Counted from the first letter of the stretch, positions 31,931 to 47,496 are shown. The stretch: 64,000 nucleotides of DNA from Eledone cirrhosa (GCA_964016885.1 OZ024742.1:340194001-340258000), one strand, 5' to 3'. The notes: a model not told the origin generated them from the letters alone. A program made the numbers and translations.

Positions 31931-32265
31931 CGCTATTTTTATAAAAAAAAAATATATTTTACAAATTTTATTCAATGTTAATTTTTATGAATTTCGTTTT
32001 TCTTCAATTTAATAAAACAAAATCAAGTAATTTCAGATTATTTCTGTATAATCAAGTAAAACTTGATTCATTAATGCAAACTCCATGGTAACAGTGCAGC
32101 TAACAACTGCATGGATGGTGAGTTCCTTCTATTTGGGAATTCTTGTTGAAATTTACTCTTACATCCATTGTTTTGTTGTTTTTGATCCTATTTACTCCAT
32201 GTAAAGCCCACATAGTGTTGTAAGACCTCTTGGGTCCTCATGACCAATAAAAGAAATCACTATTA

Positions 32266-32575
32266 CTGGCCGTATGGGTAGAGGGTCTTACCGGGTCGAT
32301 AAAATAATGTACCAGTAACACACTGGGATAATTACTAGCCTTGTGCCACAAGTAGAAACAATTAATATAATAATTATTATTAACTGTTATGAAGGGAAAG
32401 GGCCGTAACTCTATGCTTTGACGCATAGAGTTACGGCCCTTTCCATTTTGAGTTCAAATCTCGCCGAGGTTAACTTCGCCTTTCATCCGTACGGGGTCGA
32501 TAAAATAAAGTACCAGTAATACACTGGGTAATTGCTGGCCTTGTGCCTAAAGTAGAAACAATTACTAACTGTTAT
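32266..32575 (+). mobile_element. Two family-A SINE copies; the second has an inverted 5' segment
   Basis: Both end in GCCTTGTGCC-AAGTAGAAACAATTA; 22-bp hairpin at 32395-32444; TAACTGTTAT direct repeat at 32381 and 32566. Confidence 0.8.
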
Positions 32576-32870
32576 TTTCATTGCACAACGTTGATGTTAA
32601 CTACTGGAAATTTTTTCTTACCATCAGGCTTACCATCTTGGAACTTAAGATTTATTTTTAATCTTCTAAGTGGTATCCATCACTTTTCTAATTATTCTGG
32701 CAGAGCCAAGTAGGCAAGCTTTTTGTGCAGGCTCTATACCAAGATCAACTACAATTTGGTGCAGATTTTTGTACACATTTGTTACACAGCTCAGGGCTCT
32801 TGACGTTGATAGCGGAGACGGTTGTGCTCTCCTCCAGCTAGTTTATGAAACTGTGGTGGTAGGTAGCGAA
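32570..32870 (-). mobile_element. 3' end of an RLE-type (R4/NeSL-like) non-LTR retrotransposon
   Basis: Minus-strand translation ...LGIEPAQKACLLGSARIIRKVMDTT* matches the typical RLE-clade C-terminus (QKACLLGTARI.RKVL). Confidence 0.65.
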
Positions 32871-32914
32871 AATTGCAAGAGTGAATGAGCCCAATGTCAG
32901 CATTTACCGTTATG

Positions 32915-33395
32915 TCTTTATCTAACGTGGCCTTACTCTGAAAAGACAGTGAGGATGTATAGAATATGGCTTTATCTAACGTGGCCTTACTCTGAAAAGA
33001 CAGTGAGGATGTACAGAATATGGCTTTATCTAACGTGGCCTTACTCTGAAAAGACAGTGACGATGTACAGAATAGGGCTTTATCTAACGTGGCCTTACTC
33101 TGAAAAGACAGTGAGGATGTACAGAATATGGCTTTATCTAACGTGGCTTTACTCTGAAAAGCCAGTGAGGATGTACATAACGTGGCTTTATCTAACGTGG
33201 CCTTACTCTGAAAAGACAGTGAGGATGTACATAACGTGGCTTTATCTAACGTGGCCTTACAATGAAAAGACAGTGAGGATGTACAGAATAGGGCTTTATC
33301 TAACGTGGCCTTACTCTGAAAAGCCAGTGAGGATGTACATAACGTGGCTTTATCTAACGTGGCTTTACTCTGAAAAGCCAGTGAGGATGTACATG
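32915..33395 (+). repeat. 54-bp minisatellite (about 9 copies)
   Basis: Unit GCTTTATCTAACGTGGCCTTACTCTGAAAAGACAGTGAGGATGTACAGAATATG; translates as an 18-aa repeat in one frame. Confidence 0.95.
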
Positions 33396-33424
33396 AAGTG
33401 GTGTCTCCCTGGAATTAAGGCTAA

Positions 33425-33860
33425 AGTTTATAGACCTCAGGTCATTAGATATAGGTGAAGTGACCATCAATTAGACCAGAATTGTAGAATCACGAGCTAT
33501 CTACGAGGTGTACTTACTTCCATGTCGTTCGGGTTGGGGAGGCAGATCGCTGTGCTGTTTCGAAGAGGTTGATACCCAGATAGTAAGTTGGTGGTACAGA
33601 AGGTTACCAGCAGCGAAAGACACCTTCAGACTAGTTATGGTCCATGCCCGACAGGAAGTAGACGGCTAGATTGTCAAGCGACCTCCGGTAGTTTAGAATT
33701 CCTGGAACATTATAACGCCACATTGGATGCATACTGGATTGTGTGAGTCCAGCAGATAGGAAATAGGGTGCAAAAGTCTCGAAAATCTTCACAGATATTT
33801 TCAACTATCTGAGAGTTAGCGACTGAATTTCCCGAATGTGTCAATGTGGACAAAACCAAA
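33425..33860 (+). mobile_element. Old, degraded Tx1-like APE endonuclease fragment
   Basis: Collinear with 3275-3725 and 40685-41180 (GACCTCAGGTC, AAGTTGGTGGT, CCTTCAGACT, GGGTGCAAAAG). Confidence 0.7.
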
Positions 33861-34134
33861 CCACCTCGGATCCTCCAGTTCGTACTTAGCAAGCGTGTTT
33901 TGTGGATTAATATATACAAATACCTCCTCAAGTTCCTCAAAAATGTTCCTTAAGTTCAAGTGGTCGACTACCCTGGTCGCAAATTTATGATCTGTACGTT
34001 CGACCAAGAGGGGTTTTGTAGGCAGTGGCACGACTGCTGGGAGCTGAAAGTGACTTGTCGCTCGTGTCAAGTTTACTGACAGCGGAGGGTGATCGTTAAC
34101 AGCAAGGTGGCGTTTGTTTGCAAAGGATGGTTCA

Positions 34135-37000
<2,866 letters not shown>

Positions 37001-37514
37001 GTCTTTATCTGTGACTGTTAACAAAAGGAATTTGATAATCGCTTATTTATATTCATTCAGCCACAATTGACTGCAACACTCATGTGACTTGTTTGTATCG
37101 GTCGGTCAACTGATGGACACCATTTTGTATGACGGACACGTTTGACAACGAATGGTTATGTGTCTGTGTATATGTTTCTATGTGTGTGTTTATGAGAATG
37201 TTTGTATGTGGGGAGTATAAAGGTGGTAGGTAGGGCTGCGAACGATGGACGATGTCCGAAAAATGAAGTATTACTGCACAGGATTCAGCGAAATGATCAT
37301 TAAAAATATGATTGGAAAAGATAGAAGTCGGTGACTGGCAATAACGAGGGCATATGAAATATAATATAATATAATATAATATATGATATAATAATATATG
37401 ATATAATATAATATAATATAATATAATATAATATAATATAATATAATATATGATATAATAATATAATATGATATAATATAATATGTGTATACATATATAT
37501 ATAAATCTATCTAA

Positions 37515-37553
<39 letters not shown>

Positions 37554-37568
37554 CATATCTATCTATCG

Positions 37569-38382
37569 ACATTCTATATACGGTTGGTCCGCAGCAAGTG
37601 CGACGAAGCGCTCGGAGAAACTCTAGGCCTAGAGGAGGACGAACTGGCCAGTCTGTTCAGTAGGACCTTCCGCCCGGGACCAATGGACAACTTCTAAAAG
37701 TCCCTGTCCTGGCAGTGCTACCGAGGAGATCTACCAGTTCGAGACAAGCTCTACAGACAGATTTGTCCGAGATGCGTGCGCCACGAGGAAACCGTCGCGC
37801 ACGCATTTGTACACTTCCCGGGCGTTACCGACCTGTGGGGCTATGTAGAGCGACTATTGTCGCGGGTGGGACCAATCCGGTTGACCACCGAGTCCATTGT
37901 CATGATCAAACCGCCACCCTCCATCAAAAACGAGGGAGAGGCGGTTTTCGTATGTGTTATGGCTATGGTGAAAGAGGTTATATGGTGGACGAGGTTTAAA
38001 GGGCTGAGGTCAGACACCTTTCTCTCCTTTTTTCAAATATCGTTTTGGAAGAAGAATCAGGATGGAGAGAGAGGTGCTGTACCCCAGCAAATTTTATAAA
38101 ACGTGGGTGAATGTGGCAAAGATGGTCCGAGTGGTTGGGCCTTCTCTCTTTATAAGCCTGTAGGTTGAGGAAAAAGAGGAAGAGAGGAAGGGAGTACTCA
38201 CTCTTGGTGCTCCTGGAGATGATGGTTGTACATTTTTCCGGGGTGTGTACAACCCCTGTGTAACACGTCCCCCCTATTGGAGATTTCAATTGTTATTTGT
38301 TATTGTATTAATAGTTTTATTTTCATATACCTGTATGTAAACTCCCCATTTGTATTTGTGCCCTTGTGGCTAATAAAGAAAT

Positions 38383-38383
<1 letters not shown>
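37569..38383 (+). mobile_element. 5'-truncated Tx1-like LINE, copy B
   Basis: Homologous to 43409-44287 (ORF2 C-terminus and 3' UTR ending GCCCTTGTGGCTAATAAA); (TATC)n on both sides. Confidence 0.92.
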
Positions 38384-38475
<92 letters not shown>

Positions 38476-38701
38476 CATCTATCTATCTATCTGTCTGACG
38501 TGTGGAATATCGCCGGTAATTTTTTTGTTGATTTCTATGCAAAAAAACGATCTAATTGTTTGAAAAAATACAACACTTTGTAGATTAACCCCCAAGCTGA
38601 ATTGTCAGCTGGGTGGTAATCCCATTTTTTGCCCCTGTAGGGGCGAAAATTTTATTTTAAAAAATTTGTTTTAAAATATCAGATTTTACAAAGTAAAAAA
38701 C

Positions 38702-40573
38702 TTGAGCAACACTAGAACGCTGGAGAACGTTAATAGAGAAAAGAGAGAGAAAGAGGCAGATATTAACGTTATATCTGCTTCTGCTGCTATGGACGTTGCC
38801 ATAGATACTGTCACAAAAGAAAAAAATATATCAACATTTGAAAATGTTACAATTTCTACCGCCGAAGCGGAGAAAAATGACAATAACACACGGGAAAACA
38901 CAGCAAAAAACCCATTGACATACATACACATGAAAAAGACACCAACAACTCTACAGATACATCTACACATAAAATTTCCAACAACGATAACATCATTATC
39001 AACAACACCACCACACAAAAAAAGAAAATGTCTTTCGCTGACACAGTCAACAAGAAACAAGATTTTATAAATCTTGATATCTCCAACGCAAGAGATATGC
39101 TCCAGCAAGGGAGAAAATTTGTAACTTTCGAAGAAAGAGGTGGGTTTAGTATTAACTCACCCTTGAAATAAAGGAAGACACAAACCGCCGATTAGTCACT
39201 TTTAGGACTGTCAAATTCGTCAAGAAAACCGACATTTGTTAATCAAGCAGATATAGAAGATTCTTTCAAGGAGATTCTAGGAAATGTCGATTTTCTCCAG
39301 CGAGGAAAACAGTACGGAAGTGTTTCCGTACTGTTTAAAAGCGAGGCACTCGCCCCAAAAAACTCTGTGACACCAATAGTGTCAAAAGCATACACCTTTT
39401 TCCCTACATACATGGGGAAAAGGACACAAAAAATAAAAATAAAAAACATACCTCCAAGCATTAACATCTGGTGGATCTTGGCTGGCTTCGTAGAGCCAGA
39501 AACAGACATAATACTTTCGATACGAAAATCCATTCGACAAAGGTGGGCGGGCACCGATTTGGAGATTCTGTTGCAAATGAAACCGGAGAGAATCTCCAAA
39601 ATACCCGAAAGAGTCGTTATTGATAATAACAACAAAATAAACATTTCGGTAGAAGGACGAAAATTTCACTGCTTTCGCTGTGGTAGCACATCTCACCTAA
39701 AAGCCTCTTGTCCACAAACACACAACAACATCATAAAAAAACGCTATTACCAACACCAACACCAAAACAACCACCACCACCACCACCACAAGTACAACGA
39801 CAGACGAAACGAGCAACCACACCAAAACAAACAGACACTCAACCAACAACAACAGAAAAAACAGAGACAACACCCCTGAAGAACACATCCCACTCCATCC
39901 CACTCCGTCAAACACTACCACAAACACACATACCGAAACACCACCACCACCACACAACATACCCTTACCCCACACACCTGACGATGATTATTCATCGACG
40001 GATGAAGCTGCTTCTCCTTCTTTAAGTGAAGAAGAGGGAGAACCGCGGAAATCCAAAAAACAAAAAAAGAGACACCACAAAACCTCCAAAACTCTAATCA
40101 CCAACACCAACACACAACCACAGACACAAACAACAACACAAACAACACCACAGTCAAACATCCCTCTATCAGCAAAACCAGCACCAACACCACCCCAAAC
40201 ACAAGCACCCACCATAAAAAGAAAACTCCCGGATGAACAACAACCTAAAACAATACAACAAAAACACAAACAACAATACGCATACATCAACACAAACAAC
40301 AAGAGTTTGATGGAGGTCATCTCCCAAAACCCCAAGGTGGAGACGGAGGGCAAAACTTTCGTCAAGGCAGAATCGTCTCCACACCTTAAACTTATAAGGG
40401 TTTCTATGGAAACCTATAAAGACCTGAAAATTAAATTTTCACAGGACGTGGGAAACCCCTGCCACAAACCCATCAACCGCGTCCTGTTGAAAGGTTTCCC
40501 CACCCCACCCAACACCCCATCCAGCACCCAAATGGAGATTGAACAACCCGATCTCCAGGAAACGAAAAGGTAA
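38702..40573 (+). pseudogene. ORF1 of copy C, frameshifted
   Basis: QYGSVSVLFKSE, FPTYMGKRT, DLEILLQMKPE and HCFRCGSTSHLKASC (CCHC); homologous to copy A ORF1. Confidence 0.85.
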
Positions 40574-40614
40574 GTGCACCTTTCGTCCTTTTTCTCCAAC
40601 TTTTCTTCACCAAC

Positions 40615-43600
40615 ATGGCTGGTTTACGAGTTGGAACCGTGAATGTGCGTGGCCTAGGGATGCCCTGGAAACAGGGCCAACTTTTAAACGACCTTAGGTC
40701 ACACAGTATGGATGTGATAGCCATCATGGAGTCCAGAATCCACAACAGGCAGCAACTAACCCCCATCTTCGACGACTTTGAGATCTACGCATCTCTCTGT
40801 CAGCCAGGAGGTGGAGTGGCTGTTATGTTTCGGAAGAACCTGGACGTCGGAGTACAGCAAGTACACTTGGACCCGGAGGGTAGACTGGTAGTCCTAGACG
40901 TGAACAGTATCAGAGGTGGAGCCTTCAGACTGGTGGCCGTTTATGCCCCGACCGGGCAATCGCAATCACGGCCAGACTTCTTTAAGCGTCTAGAGTCTTT
41001 TCTGGGAACGTCTCGCTCCTTACTTTTAGTGGGGGACTGGAATGGTATCCTAGATGCACGATGGGACTATGTGGGAGCATGTCCCAGTAGAGCGGGGTGC
41101 AACAGCCTCAAAACTTTAATCGGCCAATTCTAACTGGCCGATAGGTATCGACTGGATTCCCGACTGCACCACAGTGGACGTGGGTAAACCGCAGTGGGAC
41201 ATCTAGATCGTATTTAGATAGGTTCTTCATTAGAGAAAGGGACAAGGATATGTTAAGCTGTCCACGAATGCACATGGTTGCCTATTCAGATCACAAGTTA
41301 GTCGTCTGCTTAGTCAACCGTGATAGAATACATAGACAGGGTCCCGGATACTGGAAGCTGAACGTGTCGTTGCCGGCACGTAAAGCTTACAGTGAACGGA
41401 TAAGTAGACTAGTCAAGCAACAGTTAACGGGAGCCATCGTCAACAATAGATGGTGGTACTCTCTCAAGAAAGCAATTAGAATAGAATCGATAGGGTATAG
41501 CAGAGAGTTAGCCTTAGAGAAAAACAGAATAGAAAGAGAACTAGTAGCCAAGGTAGAGGAGGCACATAGAAGTGGCAACGCGGCTAGAGTGTTAGCGTCG
41601 AGAACGGCACTGGACCAGTTCTTCGATACGAAACACGAAGGCTGCGTGGTCAGAAGCAAAATACGTGCTCTAGGAAACGAAGGAGCGAAAGCTGTCAGCT
41701 GGGCCCGAATGGCGGAGGCAAAAAGTGGCAACAAGTCCACGATTCGGTCTTTGAAAGACCAAAACGGACGCGTGCTACTTGACCCCAAGCAAATGTGCGC
41801 GGCCTTTCAGCGGCACTTTGCGCGACTGTTTGAGCAGAACGACGGTGAGCCGAACGGGGCAATGGACTTTAGTTCACACCTCGACGGCCTGCCGCGTCTC
41901 TCGAACACGGACGCCGAGTTCTGCGAAAGACCGATCACGGACACTGAGATACGGGACGCTCTGGGCCGCTGCGGGAAACGCAAGTCACCCGGTCTAGATG
42001 GTCTACCCTACGAATTTTACATAGGCATGCCGGACTTGTTCTCTAGCGTCCTCGAAGCCGTCTACTGCAATTGGAAGCAGAACGGGAGAATTCCCAGTTC
42101 TGCAGGCAAGGGCGTAGTAACGCTGATCAGGAAAGACGAGAACAAGGGGGACGAAATTAACAACTTCAGGCCCATAACTCTGCTCAACACAGAGTTAAAG
42201 ATTTTGGCCAAGGTGCTAGCCACGAGGTTGGCGCTTGTCGTCGAGAACCTGGTCGGGAAAGCGCAAACGTGTTCAATCCCGACCAGGTCCATACACGACA
42301 ACCTCCACCTCATGCGATACATCATAGAGAGGGTGGGTAGTAAACCCGGCTTCGGTGGGGCTCTGATCAACTTGGATCAGTCTAAGGCATTCGATAGGGT
42401 CGACCATCGATACTTGGAAGCGGTTCTCAAGGCGGCCGGTTTCGGTCCCGTGTTCAGAGGATGGATCGAGGCGATGCACACCAGCATCTGCTCGAGGGTC
42501 AAGGTGAACGGCTACCTATCGGAGGCGTTCGCAATCACGCGTTCCATTCGACAGGGATGCCCTCTCTCCTCCATTCTGTATGTATTGACTCTAGAGCCAC
42601 TACTGCGGAAATTGGAGCTGTTGCAGGGCATCCCCCTAGAACCGGGACTGCGCAAAGCGGCGTCGGCTTATGCCGACGACGTCACAGTAATGGTGTCGAG
42701 CACCTCGGAAATCGGGGTGATCGGCAACATACTGAAAGAATACGAAACGCTGACGGGAGCAAACTAAACCCAGACAAGTCTGTCGGTTTGCAACTCGGTA
42801 CGTGGAGAGGCAAACCGATGACATCCGACAGCGTCGTTGGACGCTGGACGGACGGACCGGTGAAATTGCTAGGGGTCTGGTTCGGTCCAGACCTCCAGGT
42901 GGAGAAAAACTGGAACGAGGTCACGACCAAGGTGTTTGCACTCACTCAGAAGTGGGCAGAGTGCAAACTGTCCTTGAAAGGTCGAGCGGAGGTGGCGAAC
43001 ACTTTCATAGCGTCCGTCATCTACTACCGCTTGACTGTCGTGCCTTGTCCCCGTGAACACCTTGCCAAGATGGAACGCATGCTCTTCCAGTTGCTGTGGA
43101 AGAAGTAGGCTCCGCTGGTGAGGAGATCCGTCTGCTGTCAGCACCCTTCCAACGGAGGGCTGGGAATGCCGTGGCTGATGATGCGCAAACATGCGCTGAG
43201 GCTGCGGCATCTCCAGGTATTCCTCACCGACCCCCAACCGGTGTGGGCACCGTTTGTGAGACAGGCTTTCCCACAGCTCGTCTCGCTAACGGAGCTGCAG
43301 TCCTGGGTGAAGAAAAGACCGAAAACGATGGGCGCCTGGCACATTGAATGCGCTCAGGCGCTCACAGTCCTCTGGCAAGCGGGCGAGGCAATCAGTGGAG
43401 ACTCCACTTCGACATTCTATAGAGGGATTGTACGTTACAAGGGCGACGACGTGCTCGGAGAGACTCTGGGCGTCGAAGACGATGAGCTCACCAGTCTGTT
43501 TGGTAGGACTTTCCGCCCGGGACCTATGGACAACTTCCAGAGGTCCCTGGCCTGGCAGTGCTACCGAGGAGCTCTACCGGTTCGTGACAAGATCTACAGG

Positions 43601-44053
43601 CACGGACGCCCTGGCAGGGATCCTTCCAAGAGGACGTGTCCAAGATGTGCGCAGGACATTGAAACAGTTCTGCACGCAATTGTACACTGCCCGGGCGTAA
43701 GCGACCTGTGGAACTATGCAGAACAACTGCTGTCGCGTATGGGACAAATACAGTTGACTGCCGAGTCCATAGTAAGGATCAAACCGCCAGACTCTTTAAA
43801 AAACGAAAGAGAGGCGGTTTTCCTCTGTACGGTGGCTATGGCGAAAGAAGTTATATGGTGGACGAGGTTGAGAGGACTGAGGACAGATGCCTTTCTCTCC
43901 GGACAACAATTGATTCCCTTCTTTAAGTATCACTTTAGAAGGAGAATCAGGGTGGAGAGAGAGGCACTGCACCCCAGTAAATTTACTGAAAGGTGGGTGA
44001 ATGAAGCGAAAATGGCCCGAGTGATTGGGCCTTCTCTGTTTATAAGCCTGTAG
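40615..44053 (+). pseudogene. ORF2 APE-RT of copy C (few lesions)
   Basis: TVNVRGL, VYAP, GDWN, SDHK (APE); GPGYWKLN, DQSKAFDRVDH, RQGCPLS, YADD (RT); C-terminal CPRC...H...C zinc motif; stops at 41131 and 43106, frameshifts near 41160 and 42765. Confidence 0.95.
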
Positions 44054-45005
44054 GTTGAGGAAGAGAGCAAAAGGAAGAAAGGAGCACTTGCACAACACGC
44101 TCCTCGAGTTGAGGGTTGTTCTATCGACGGGGTATTAAACAACCCATTTGTGGCACCTCCCCCCTATTGGGGATTTCGATTGTTGAAATTGTTTGTTTTT
44201 ATATTTTTTACACGACTGTATGTAAAATCCCCGGCATGTCTTTGTATTGTCCCCTTTCTTGTTGCGCCCTTGTGGCTAATAAAGAAATCTATCTATCTAT
44301 CTATCCATCTATCTATCTATCTGCCTATCTATTCCTCACTCTCTCTATATATGTATACACACACAAACACGCACACACGCACACACACGCACACACGCAC
44401 ACACACACATATATATATAGAGAAAGTGAGACATACACATATACACATATATATATACAGCATACATGTATGCATACATACATACATTCATACATACATA
44501 CTTACATATATTTATCTGGTTGAGTAAACACACACGTGCTTTCTCTCCAAAACTAACTCCCGTGTTTTCCTCTTCTTACTCTCGTCTATCTTTCTACTTC
44601 TTTTTTTTTATGTCTCATTCCATCTTTTGATGAAGCATTAAGATCCGAAACGTTATGACTTCTTTCTTATCTAGTTTTAAACTAATATATCAATATGTCT
44701 ACATTGTACTGCATCATTTTACTTTGTTGCTTTTTCGTTTACCTTTCGTTTATAAATATATGTAGAAAATAAAATTAGGATACTAATCAAGTAGAAGATA
44801 AGGGAAAACAAGGCAGAATCGAACAAATTTAATTTGGAATCCTTTATAAAATACTTTATTAAAAATTTAAAATAAATGTCGAAAAAGGCAGGAATCCAAG
44901 ATCTTCTGCCGTTGACATGGACTTTTCAAGCCAGCCATGCAGCACTCGGCATCACACCTATCACTTTCCGACATGTAAAGTGACACCATGTGTGTGTGTG
45001 TGTGA

Positions 45006-45238
45006 CAGCTCACACCTAGGCAGGTTTAGCTGGCCTCCTCCAAGGTATATCTCGTTGGAGGTGTCTTGGGTGATTTAATGATAGGGACCCCAGTCCTATC
45101 ATCTCATTTCTACAGCTGAGTAAACTGGAGCAACTTGAAATAAAGTGTCTTGCTCAAGAAAACAACACATTACCCGGTCCGAGAATTGAACTCACAACCT
45201 TTCGATTGCAAGCCCAATGCTCTAACCACTAAGCCATA
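45006..45238 (-). mobile_element. tRNA-derived SINE family B
   Basis: Reverse complement reads TGGCTTAGTGGTTAGAGCATTGGG...GTGAGTTCAATTCTC; highly similar copy at 46666-46890. Confidence 0.85.
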
Positions 45239-45329
45239 CGACTAAAGTAACACCATGCCGTTAGTTAATTCCAGTCGATTGATTTCAGACCCGACAGTTA
45301 GAAATAACTCTTTCTTGCACTGTGCGATA

Positions 45330-46500
45330 CATTTAGGCACGAAAAAACTCAGCAGAATCAGGAAAGGCGCCAAAAGTTAAGACATTTGAGGACTTTGGGT
45401 TAAGCTGGAATTTGACTTCAGTAAATAAAATGTCCTGGGAGACCATCCGCCGACCCCGATATAAAAAGCCCTCCTCCACACCTGCTATGAAGTATGTGTC
45501 TGGGGTTCTACTCTCTTCAAAGAGGTGCATACTCGTGAGCTGGAGAGAACATTTTGCTGATCTCCTAAACCAGATCTATACAGCATCTTCTGATGTACAC
45601 GAGGTGCAATGTGGGAGCGGTGACTAATGTCTCGGATGCTTGAGGTCACGAGAGCAGTTAAAGCTCTTAAATGTAGCAAAGCCGCTGGGGAATATGAAAT
45701 CCGGCCCCAGATTAAATAAAGAAGGTATTCTCTGGCTGATTCTTGTGTTCCGGATGGAATCCGGTGGATCTCTGGAAAGCACCTAAAAAATGGCAATCTA
45801 GAGTAATAATCCCAATTTTCAAAATAGAGATAATAGAATTTGTTTCAATTTCAGAGAGATCTCCTTGCTAAGCCTCCCCGGTAAAGTCTAAGCTAAGTGT
45901 CTGGTAAAGAAATACAGGGAGATTGTCGAGTCCAAGCTAGCTGATGAACAGTGTGGATTTCACCTCGGATGCAGCACAGCCGACCAAATATTCACACTGC
46001 AACAAGTCTTCGCGAAATCGTGGGAGTATTGCCAAGAAGTATATTCTTGTTTTGTCGACCGTGAGAAGGCATATGACTGCGTTCCTTAGGACCTGCTGTG
46101 GAAGGTTTTGCAGGAGTATGGGATCGATGGTCAGCTTCTTGCTGCCCCGATGCCTCTTTATGAATGCGAGAGTATTTGTGTTCGGACAAATCGAGCTAAA
46201 TCGAAACCATTCAATGTGGGATTCGGACTCCGCCAAAGTTACGTACTGTCATCTCTCCTGTTCATTAATTATTTTAATGAACAGGTCGGTGGATTGGCAG
46301 TATATGTAGAGGGTCGAACGCCATGCTTTGACGTATAAAGTTACGGCCCTTGCCATTCTGAGTTCAAATCCCGCCGAGGTTAACTTTGCCTTTCATCCTT
46401 ACGGGGTCGATAAAATAAAGTAATTGCTGGCCTTGTGCCAAAAGTAGAAACAATTAATTATTTTAATGAACAGGATTGACATGCGCAGCCAGGCTGGAGG
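45330..46500 (+). mobile_element. Degraded RTE-clade reverse transcriptase fragment
   Basis: WREHFADLLN, KAAG, FREISLLSLPGKV, EQCGF, TADQIFTL, FVD.EKAYD.VPR, GLRQ.YVLS.LLFI; interrupted by a SINE. Confidence 0.85.
46286..46452 (+). mobile_element. Family-A SINE inserted in the RTE fragment
   Basis: 22-bp direct repeat ATTAATTATTTTAATGAACAGG at 46264 and 46453; B-box GAGTTCAAATCC. Confidence 0.9.
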
Positions 46501-46665
46501 TGGTCTCTCTCTTCTATATATATATATATATATATATCAGTTGGGGCCTTCAAGAGAAAGTCAAGAGAGAAAAGTAATCACGGAAAAAAACGGACAATCT
46601 CATTCCCTCCGAATCAGTCAACTTCCGGAAATCCGTATAGTTTCGGTTTGTTGTTGTTGTTATTA

Positions 46666-46890
46666 CAGTTCACACCTATGCAGGTTTAGCTGGCCTCCTC
46701 CAATGTATATCTCGTTGGAGGTGTCTTGGGTGATGTAATGATAGGGACCCCAGTCCTATCCACTCATTTCTACAGCTGAGTAAACTGGAGCAACGTCTTG
46801 CTCAAGGAAACAACACATCACCCGATCCGAGAATCGAACTCACAACTTTTCGATTGTAAGTTCAATGCTCTAACCACTAAGCCATGCGCC
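46666..46890 (-). mobile_element. tRNA-derived SINE family B
   Basis: Copy of 45006-45238. Confidence 0.85.
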
Positions 46891-47473
46891 TTCACAGTTT
46901 CGGTGCAATACATTTGAGACTATTTATTTCAGTGCTCATGAGACAGTAACAGGACAAAGCATGTTTGAATTGTTTAGGCAATCCGATATGTGTAACCCCC
47001 AGCACTCTATGTAACCCGTCCTTGTAATATTCCATGCCTCAGGCGCCCTTGCGGCAAATGAATTAAATCCTTATATATATATATATCATTTAATCTATAC
47101 ATCTAATCTGCATATTCATACACAGACAGATTAATCCATACTGATCCCTTTTCCCAAAAATTACATATATTATTCACAGGGAGGCGCCACCTTACGCTAC
47201 TCCCTGTCGTCATACTTCCATGAAACTTCACCTACCATAACTTTAAACACCACACCATACTCCACTACACTCTACTTCACCTTACTATACTCCACCACCC
47301 CCGCCCCCCGTGCCAGCCCCCCAACATTATCCATTGCTCTCCACCCCCGGCACTCCATCATACGTTACCCAATATCCACGCACTCCACTCCCTCCTCGGA
47401 AGCAAATCTCTCACCTCCTCCTCCTCCCCCTCCTTCCCTATCTGCGTTGACTCCCATTCTTCTCCTTCTTTAG

Positions 47474-47496
47474 ATTTAAATACGTCATGAAATGTG
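47474..47496 (+). CDS. Candidate 23-nt micro-exon
   Basis: Strong polypyrimidine tract TTCTTCTCCTTCTTTAG| and consensus donor TG|GTGAGT; reads FKYVMKC. Confidence 0.35.

Larger units (their letters stand above)
38494..44287 (+). mobile_element. Tx1/L1-clade LINE, copy C (near full length, disrupted)
   Basis: ORF1 and ORF2 remnants, 3' UTR with GCCCTTGTGGCTAATAAA; bounded by (TATC)n at 38384-38492 and 44288-44330. Confidence 0.95.

Noticed and set aside
32038-32117. Exon with good CAG acceptor and GTGAGT donor
   Set aside because: All three frames contain stops; at most non-coding and otherwise unsupported.
32670-32888. Plus-strand exon candidate with AG/GT signals
   Set aside because: The minus strand encodes a recognisable RLE retrotransposon C-terminus (QKACLLGSARIIRKV).
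45180-45238. tRNA genes at SINE heads
   Set aside because: Only degenerate A/B boxes fused to SINE bodies; no complete cloverleaf.
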